Assembly (NCBI RefSeq): GCF_964355755.1
Contig: NC_092671.1
Coordinates: 37,830,304-37,894,303 of the forward strand
Source of the DNA: Antedon mediterranea
Lineage: Eukaryota; Animalia; Echinodermata
Direction of reading: 5' to 3'
Length of the DNA: 64,000 nucleotides
Shown here one piece after another: positions 60,828-64,000 of the stretch (its first letter is position 1; each line of letters begins with the position of its first letter). A program made the position numbers and the translations under genes. Under the pieces are notes generated by a model. It was given only the letters and a program-made list of their open reading frames with translations. It had not been told where the DNA came from and did no database searches.

Positions 60828-63195
60828 TTATGACCATTTACACACAAGGCGTGGATAGAAGATAGATACAGATTCTACGTGGGACAAGCTACGCGGTTTT
60901 CCGCTTACCATTACCGCTCGTCTGTGTAAATTAGCCTTGTGTAGGCCTATTTTGGATTGGATAAACATTGTTGGCGCTCGAGAAATTAAGCTGAACGGCA
61001 CCGTGCCACATGGTGAAAATTGGGCCTACCTGTAAAGGTACTTCTGCTACTACTTTCACCTCTTTTTGAACTAAAAATGTGTATGATTATTTTGTATTTA
61101 TAACTATTTTAAAGACATTTACAGCAGCTGGTTTTTAGTCTAATAATAACTACTAAATTTCCGCTTGTGAGGAACGAAGGAATACTGCTCGACATATACT
61201 AGTCGTATGTCATTTATATGTAAATAACATTGATTTAAAATTATATATTTTATGTAATGGTATAAATTGTGTCTTAATAGAGGCAACTGAGCAATTTAAT
61301 TTTATCTATGTTTATATTATCTTTCATCTAACCATGGAAAAATAAATTAGTATAACTTATTTTTCCATGATCTAACAAATGGAGAAATAAAATTGTACCG
61401 GTAGTAAGTAATGTCAGGATTATAGAAGAATTAAATGTTTGCAATGAAAGATCGAAATAAAAATTTTTTATAAAAACGTCTAAATGATAATTTCTATTAT
61501 TGACATAAACCTAACGTGAATAAATGAAAATAAAATCGTACCGGTAGTAAATAATGTCAGGGATTATAGAGGGGAAGTTAATGTTTGTAATTGAAAATTC
61601 GAAATAAAAGTGTTGATATAAAGGTAATGATAGGCCTAATATCTATTATTTACACAAACCTAACGTGACTACTATACACAAAAGGTCGGCCTAACAATGC
61701 TTTTTTGTGACCTGTGCTTAGTTACACTTCACAATCGACAATTTCCTTAACAACAATGTTAATTGTACTTGTTGATAACTTTAGTGTTACATCGTAGCCT
61801 AACCACTCGGCACACATTAACTAAAATATCAAACTTATATATTAAGCCAGTAAAAGTATGTGCCTACTCACCTTAGGCCTATAGATCATGTTTACTCGAT
61901 CCCTTCTTTCTACGTTAGTATACGTGGCTATTGATAATTTCACCGAGTTGTCAATAAACAGCTTTTCATCTGCTCAAAGGCAGGATTAAGGGTTCAATTA
62001 AAACACTATTCAAACACGTTTTTTGTGATTTAAATTCGACTATATAGCGCCACCTTCTGTTTGTGTAAACAATGAAGTAGAACTGTAAATGTATCTGATA
62101 TTGATTTAAAAAAAGTGCAATAGGCCTACAAGTCAACCAATGTAGGCTAGGCTTCTCTTGATCATCATAATCAGTGGTGTAAAGCAGAGGCATGATGCCC
62201 CTGGATGTAGGAACCCTACGTGGCCCTCCAACGCTGGAGGCCTCGGGCGTTTGTAGCACAAAACAAATATTAATGTCTGTTTTCTTCTGGGCAATTGCAC
62301 TGCTCAGCCCCCCCCCCCCCCCCATTTAGCCAGTGAGCCCTCATCATAGTCGTTACGCCACTGAGCATAATGCTTGTTTATTAGAGTTCCCATTCGGTGT
62401 GTAAGCGTCATCGTGCAATATCCATGAAAATTCGGATGTTCATAATTATATACTTTAGCCCAATCACCGTCGTGTCTTGTCGAGTCATGCGCATCGTGCA
62501 TTAAATCTGTGTGTGTCAGAGAGGTCGAGAGATCATGTTACATACTGGTCATTAGGTTACTCCATAGATAGTATAAGTTCAATTTATGATATCTATGTTT
62601 TGTACAGAGTAAAACTTCTCCCGGTTGTATTAGGATTTAGGGCACTAGTCAGTTGGGTTCTGTGAGTCGCTTATTTTACAGTATGTAATTATATTAAGTT
62701 ATTGCTTATTCTTTCGCTAATAAATATAAAAATACAAAAAGTTTTTAAATTACATTGTCTTTAAATACAATTCTTTATTCAATATATCGCTCTAAATTTA
62801 TTTTCAGTAATGACACAACAACGGCAATAACACACCATAACATACAAAATTAGTGTTAAATAGATTTATAGTGAGCAATGCTTATTCGATTCTATGTTGA
62901 ATGCAAACTACAACACCGGGTGCTGTATATGGCACGGAGATAATTGAGGATTTTTGGTACAGTTAACGTTGAAAAGGGGGTAAAAAAAACAATCATGGGT
63001 TGTGTGAAGAACTTTTCGTTTACTATAAAGCTCTGTTTACACTACCAAATTTGATGTGCCCATATATGGACACGATGATGTCATATCACTACCATATTTA
63101 GACATATCACTACCATATTTGGCCACATCACACTTTTTTTGCCAAACTAGTTTGATAGTGTAGACAGAGCAAAAAAGAATTGAAGAACTTTTCGT

Positions 63196-64000
63196 TTAGT
63201 CTAATAAAACGAGCTCGTCGTCCTCCTCGTCTGTTTCTACGTCAACCTTATACTCGCGTACGTGAGTTTGGACGTTGAAACGCACCGTCCTCGCTTTAGT
63301 ACCTCCGTCCACTTCTGTATTCGGTGAAATATGCTCACTAAAATCATCGTTATTGATGAGAATTGATGTGTATTCGCTAATAATAGATTGCCGTTTGATC
63401 CAATTTGTAACACAAGGTGACGTATTTTGCGTCACCGCTGTGCGTTCATCTGTTGCAACCAATGTTTCCTTTTTTGATGATTCTGTTTCACATGTTTCTG
63501 TTGTCAGTGTTTCTTCATCACTTCCTGAACTATGTATGTGCTTTTTACAGTCCTTTGAATCAATTTTCTCAATTATAAAGTTATCAGAATCGGTTTCTTC
63601 TTTCAATTCTTTCATTTTGTTGCCAATACTATGAGAAATATTTTGTTCTGATTTTGGTTCAGTATGTTTAGATCTCGATATTTCTAGAGTACTTACAGAC
63701 CTACTAAGTACCGGTCTGCCGTCTGTTTTTCCTGGTTTTCTAGACAGGTAAAATGACTTAGTTTTAGTACTTAGATTGTCAGTGTGTTTTAACCTCGGTA
63801 GATGGATGTTGCTTTTCTTGCTGTACTCTCGGGAAATGTTTTGCATTGTCGACCCTCTTTTCATCATTCTCGAAACCTCTTGCGAGTTCATCAGATCCAA
63901 TCCAGTTAAATCGGCAAGTCTAAGTTTCGATCTTACTTCCGTGTCTTGGTGGATGGCTGGCATGTACGTGTAGTTATCTATAACACCATTTTCATGCCTC
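63196..64000 (-). CDS. Uncharacterised disordered protein, C-terminal part; ORF is open to the window edge
   Basis: The frame stays open upstream of the ATG at 63963 (RHENGVIDNYTYM) to base 64000; S/T/K/E-rich; ends KARTVRFNVQTHVREY followed by an acidic tail. Confidence 0.8.
   Translation of the reverse strand, partial: RHENGVIDNYTYMPAIHQDTEVRSKLRLADLTGLDLMNSQEVSRMMKRGSTMQNISREYSKKSNIHLPRLKHTDNLSTKTKSFYLSRKPGKTDGRPVLSRSVSTLEISRSKHTEPKSEQNISHSIGNKMKELKEETDSDNFIIEKIDSKDCKKHIHSSGSDEETLTTETCETESSKKETLVATDERTAVTQNTSPCVTNWIKRQSIISEYTSILINNDDFSEHISPNTEVDGGTKARTVRFNVQTHVREYKVDVETDEEDDELVLLD

Overview
AT-rich animal genomic DNA with short GT-AG introns, most likely an invertebrate deuterostome (echinoderm-like; inferred from Deu-domain tRNA-SINEs and protein style, not proven). 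1-17.4 kb holds the last 31 coding exons of acetyl-CoA carboxylase (+) and 19.6-26 kb a complete TSG101 (+). Both have introns crowded with one palindromic Harbinger-type MITE. From 28 kb on are an orphan ATG|GT first exon (+), an intronless ankyrin-repeat + double death-domain gene (+) preceded by two perfect kB sites and an ISRE-like site, and four minus-strand ORFs for large disordered proteins. Three of those four carry RVxF PP1-docking motifs, and RFX X-box-like motifs lie upstream of at least two. Also present: two Helentron-type (HINE) elements, other MITEs and SINEs, minisatellites (one with a 5-mer higher-order duplication, one supplying a gene's stop codon) and a perfect 40-bp hairpin. 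No CRISPR, rRNA or intact tRNA. All coordinates were read by hand and may be off by a few bases.
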